A stretch of 62,669 bases of DNA, counting the filler, from Candidatus Ancaeobacter aquaticus (GTDB lineage: Bacteria > Auribacterota > Ancaeobacteria > Ancaeobacterales > Ancaeobacteraceae): NCBI GenBank assembly GCA_030765405.1. It is 6 parts of 6 records of this genome, joined end to end, with 100 filler letters (N's around TTAATTAATTAA, not from the genome) between each part and the next. Parts side by side here need not be neighbours in the genome. Positions count along the whole stretch, not along the records: positions 44,076 to 62,669 come from JAVCCP010000008.1; 5 more parts are not named here. One strand, written 5' to 3'. Below are positions 60,202 through 62,669 of the stretch, in pieces; the stretch's first letter is position 1, and each line of letters begins with the position of its first letter. Under the pieces are notes generated by a model. The model saw nothing but the letters and a program-made list of their open reading frames with translations, was not told the DNA's origin and searched no databases. Both the position numbers and the translations under genes were made by a program.

Positions 60202-60444
60202 CTATTCGTCAGCGTCAAAGACCGGGGCAAAAGGTATTTTTTCCATCTCTGAGTATATTGGTCCTTCATCACCGATATCGGTATTTCCCGGATCAGCATT
60301 CATTTCTTCATATTGTTCCTGAGCCATATAGTCACCAATATCATAATTTGATTCCGTTATATGGCTTTCACCGTGTTCACGATAAAATGTACATCCGGTA
60401 AGAGCAACAAATAATATAAGTATAAGTAGCAAAGTTTTTCTCAT
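60202..60444 (-). CDS. Micro-lipoprotein, paralog family
   Basis: Lipobox LTGC; IGDYMAQEQYEEMNADPGNTDI. Confidence 0.7.
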   Translation of the reverse strand: MRKTLLLILILFVALTGCTFYREHGESHITESNYDIGDYMAQEQYEEMNADPGNTDIGDEGPIYSEMEKIPFAPVFDADE

Positions 60445-60454
60445 TGATTAATAC

Positions 60455-60634
60455 CTATTCCAATCCTGGGGTAAATAAATCTGTTTCACCGGGATTTTCT
60501 TCTATGTTAGCGATTTCATTCTCCCGCATCTTTTCATTAAGTGGTTCCGGAAGAGATATTATAGGATCGGACGCACATCCTGACGCATACAAAACAATGA
60601 AAACAAAAAGTGTATAGATAACGTATTTCCGCAT
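60455..60634 (-). CDS. Micro-lipoprotein, 59 aa (below the ORF-track cutoff)
   Basis: MRKYVIYTLFVFIVLYASGC lipobox; EENPGETDL. Confidence 0.65.
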   Translation of the reverse strand: MRKYVIYTLFVFIVLYASGCASDPIISLPEPLNEKMRENEIANIEENPGETDLFTPGLE

Positions 60635-60641
60635 TGATTAA

Positions 60642-61919
60642 TTATCCTTTTTCAATCTTTTCCATGCCATCCATGTAGTCACGTAATGCTTTAGGTATTG
60701 TAATTGTGCCGTCTTCATTTTGATAGTTTTCCAGCACCGCAATAAATGTGCGCGGCAGGGCAAGGCCTGATGCATTCAACGTATGTATAAAATCAACTTT
60801 ACGATCTTCAGTACGACGATACCGAATACTTGCTCTCCGTGCCTGAAAATCCTCATAATTGCTACAGCTTGATACTTCAAGATATGCTTTTTGGCCAGGA
60901 GCCCACACCTCTATGTCATAACATTTTGCTGCTGCAAAACTAATATCTCCCGTGCACAACAGATTTACTCTGTACGGTAACTCAAGAAGTTGCAATATCT
61001 CTTCTGCGTCTTGAAGAAGTTTCTCATGTTCATCATACGAAGAATCCGGCTTGACAAATTTTACCATTTCAACTTTATCAAACTGATGCACCCTCGTAAG
61101 TCCCCGTGTGTCCTTCCCGTACGATCCTGCTTCTCTACGAAAACAGGGTGTATATGCAGTGTAATACATAGGTAGTTGTGACTCATCAAGTATTTCGTCA
61201 CGATACATATTTGTTACCGGCACTTCCGCTGTTGGAATCAAATACAGATCATCTCGTTCAAGTTTATACATATCGTCGGCGAGTTTCGGTAATTGTCCCG
61301 TACCGGTCATACTCGCACCGTTAACTATAAATGGCGGAAATACTTCTGTGTACCCGTGTTTTTTAATGTGTACATCAAGCATAAAACTAATGAGTGCGCG
61401 TTCAAGTTTTGCGCCAATACCTTTAAAAAGAATGTAGTGGCTACCGGTAATCTTCGTGCCGTTTTTAAAATCTACCAACCCAAGATTCTCGACAATATCC
61501 CAGTGCGCTTGAGGCTCAAATGCGAATGACGGTTGCACCCCCCACTCCTTAATAATCTTATTCGCTTCCGGGGGATTTCCTACTGGCGTTGACTCATGCG
61601 GAATATTAGGCACAGTTAACAGTAAATTTTTTAGGTTCTCTTCAATGTCACGAAGCTCAGCATCAAGTGTTTTAACTTCTTCCCCGACATTTTTCATTTC
61701 CTGCGTTTTTTCTGCGGCATCCCGACCGGATTTCTTTAACGCGCCGATTTCTTTAGAAACAACGTTGCGTTTGTTCTTAAGCGTCTCAACATGACTCATT
61801 ATCTCTCGTCTTTTCTGGTCAAGAGCAAGTATTGTATCAGTATCAACTGTTGTTGATCTGTTTTTATTGCTTTCTATTACCTTAGCAGTATCTTCTCTGA
61901 TACTTTTAATATCTAACAC
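60642..61919 (-). CDS. serS: Serine--tRNA ligase
   Basis: [46 protein letters not shown]. Confidence 0.97.
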   Translation of the reverse strand: MLDIKSIREDTAKVIESNKNRSTTVDTDTILALDQKRREIMSHVETLKNKRNVVSKEIGALKKSGRDAAEKTQEMKNVGEEVKTLDAELRDIEENLKNLLLTVPNIPHESTPVGNPPEANKIIKEWGVQPSFAFEPQAHWDIVENLGLVDFKNGTKITGSHYILFKGIGAKLERALISFMLDVHIKKHGYTEVFPPFIVNGASMTGTGQLPKLADDMYKLERDDLYLIPTAEVPVTNMYRDEILDESQLPMYYTAYTPCFRREAGSYGKDTRGLTRVHQFDKVEMVKFVKPDSSYDEHEKLLQDAEEILQLLELPYRVNLLCTGDISFAAAKCYDIEVWAPGQKAYLEVSSCSNYEDFQARRASIRYRRTEDRKVDFIHTLNASGLALPRTFIAVLENYQNEDGTITIPKALRDYMDGMEKIEKG

Positions 61920-61921
61920 AC

Positions 61922-62446
61922 CTAGCCTCTTCCTTCATACATCTTTCTCAGGCGATTTTTCATTTTTTGCGAACGAGTATCTTCTTTTTTAATAGTTGTA
62001 TCTTTTTTATCAGACTTCCTTTTCTTAGATACCGTTGGGGCATCACCCATTGTCTTGCGCCACATTCTGTATATTTTCCGTTTCAATTTCACGATCTGCT
62101 TGTTTTGCCTGACATTGACATCAATCAATTTATTGACCGCTTTTACAAACGCTTTCTCGTTCTCATCGAGCTTCTGTTCTTCCTTGATTATCTTTCCGAT
62201 CTTCTTGTCCGTGTTTTTCTTGTCCTTAGACACCTTCTTTATAAACCGTGAATAACATCTACCTTTACACTCAAGCGCCTTAAGCCTTTCCACGATCTCT
62301 TTTTGATTCTTTTCTACAACAATCAATTTATCTTCAACGCTTTTAAGATTATTGTTGTTTGATGTCGGAGCATATTCGTTCTTTTTGCAGGATATTACAA
62401 AGAATAGTGAAACTGCAAGGGCAATATATATCGTATGTTTTCTCAT
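61922..62446 (-). CDS. Coiled-coil lipoprotein
   Basis: Lipobox VISC, Lys-rich heptads; ORF open from 62482. Confidence 0.65.
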   Translation of the reverse strand: MRKHTIYIALAVSLFFVISCKKNEYAPTSNNNNLKSVEDKLIVVEKNQKEIVERLKALECKGRCYSRFIKKVSKDKKNTDKKIGKIIKEEQKLDENEKAFVKAVNKLIDVNVRQNKQIVKLKRKIYRMWRKTMGDAPTVSKKRKSDKKDTTIKKEDTRSQKMKNRLRKMYEGRG

Positions 62447-62542
62447 TTTTATCTCCTCAATTATCGCACGGAATAATAACAAGTTATAGTGGCCGCGTAA
62501 ACAAAATAAACTACTTGTTCAATTATAGCACTGCATATCAAC

Positions 62543-62669
62543 TCAGCAATTCCGCAACAAAGTATTTTAGCTCACCATAAGTCATTCTATTTACGATATT
62601 TTAGTGGTAAACGCCTTGTATGAGCAAATTCGCATTGGATTCGAAGTATTATGTTGACATAAAAACTGA
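62543..62669. repeat. 127-nt end of a multicopy element, copy 2
   Basis: Identical to 43849-43975. Confidence 0.85.

Overview
The window is not one continuous locus. It is six assembly contigs joined by artificial 100-nt N44-TTAATTAATTAA-N44 linkers (5248-5347, 9394-9493, 12904-13003, 33302-33401, 43976-44075), so adjacency across linkers means nothing. It comes from an AT-rich bacterium that is probably anaerobic and diderm (inferred from the pyruvate:ferredoxin oxidoreductase, many lipoproteins and a PEP-CTERM protein; taxonomy cannot be fixed from this window). Contig 1: tRNA-Asn(GUU) split in the anticodon by a complete 249-nt group I intron, nifJ-type PFOR, a Fur box in front of an ORF-less gap, and fur preceded by a 72-bp tandem repeat. 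Contig 2: two-component cluster. Contig 3: two integron gene cassettes (one a HEPN protein) with attC sites but no integrase. Contig 4: housekeeping block (rodA-mrdA-mreDCB, hflX-miaA-mutL-mutS, nucleoside kinase, miaB), then an accessory islet (RAYT, AbiTii-like, Fic etc.). Contig 5: two-component genes and a SynChlorMet-like RiPP cluster (PqqD/RRE, two radical SAM/SPASM enzymes, ScmC-like protein, S26 peptidase, ABC exporter, and a CxxG-repeat precursor with a frameshifted paralog). Contig 6: a complete two-ORF DDE insertion sequence, a 12.5-kb capsid-less integrative element that has replaced the 5' half of tRNA-Ser(UGA), a run of tiny paralogous lipoproteins, and serS.
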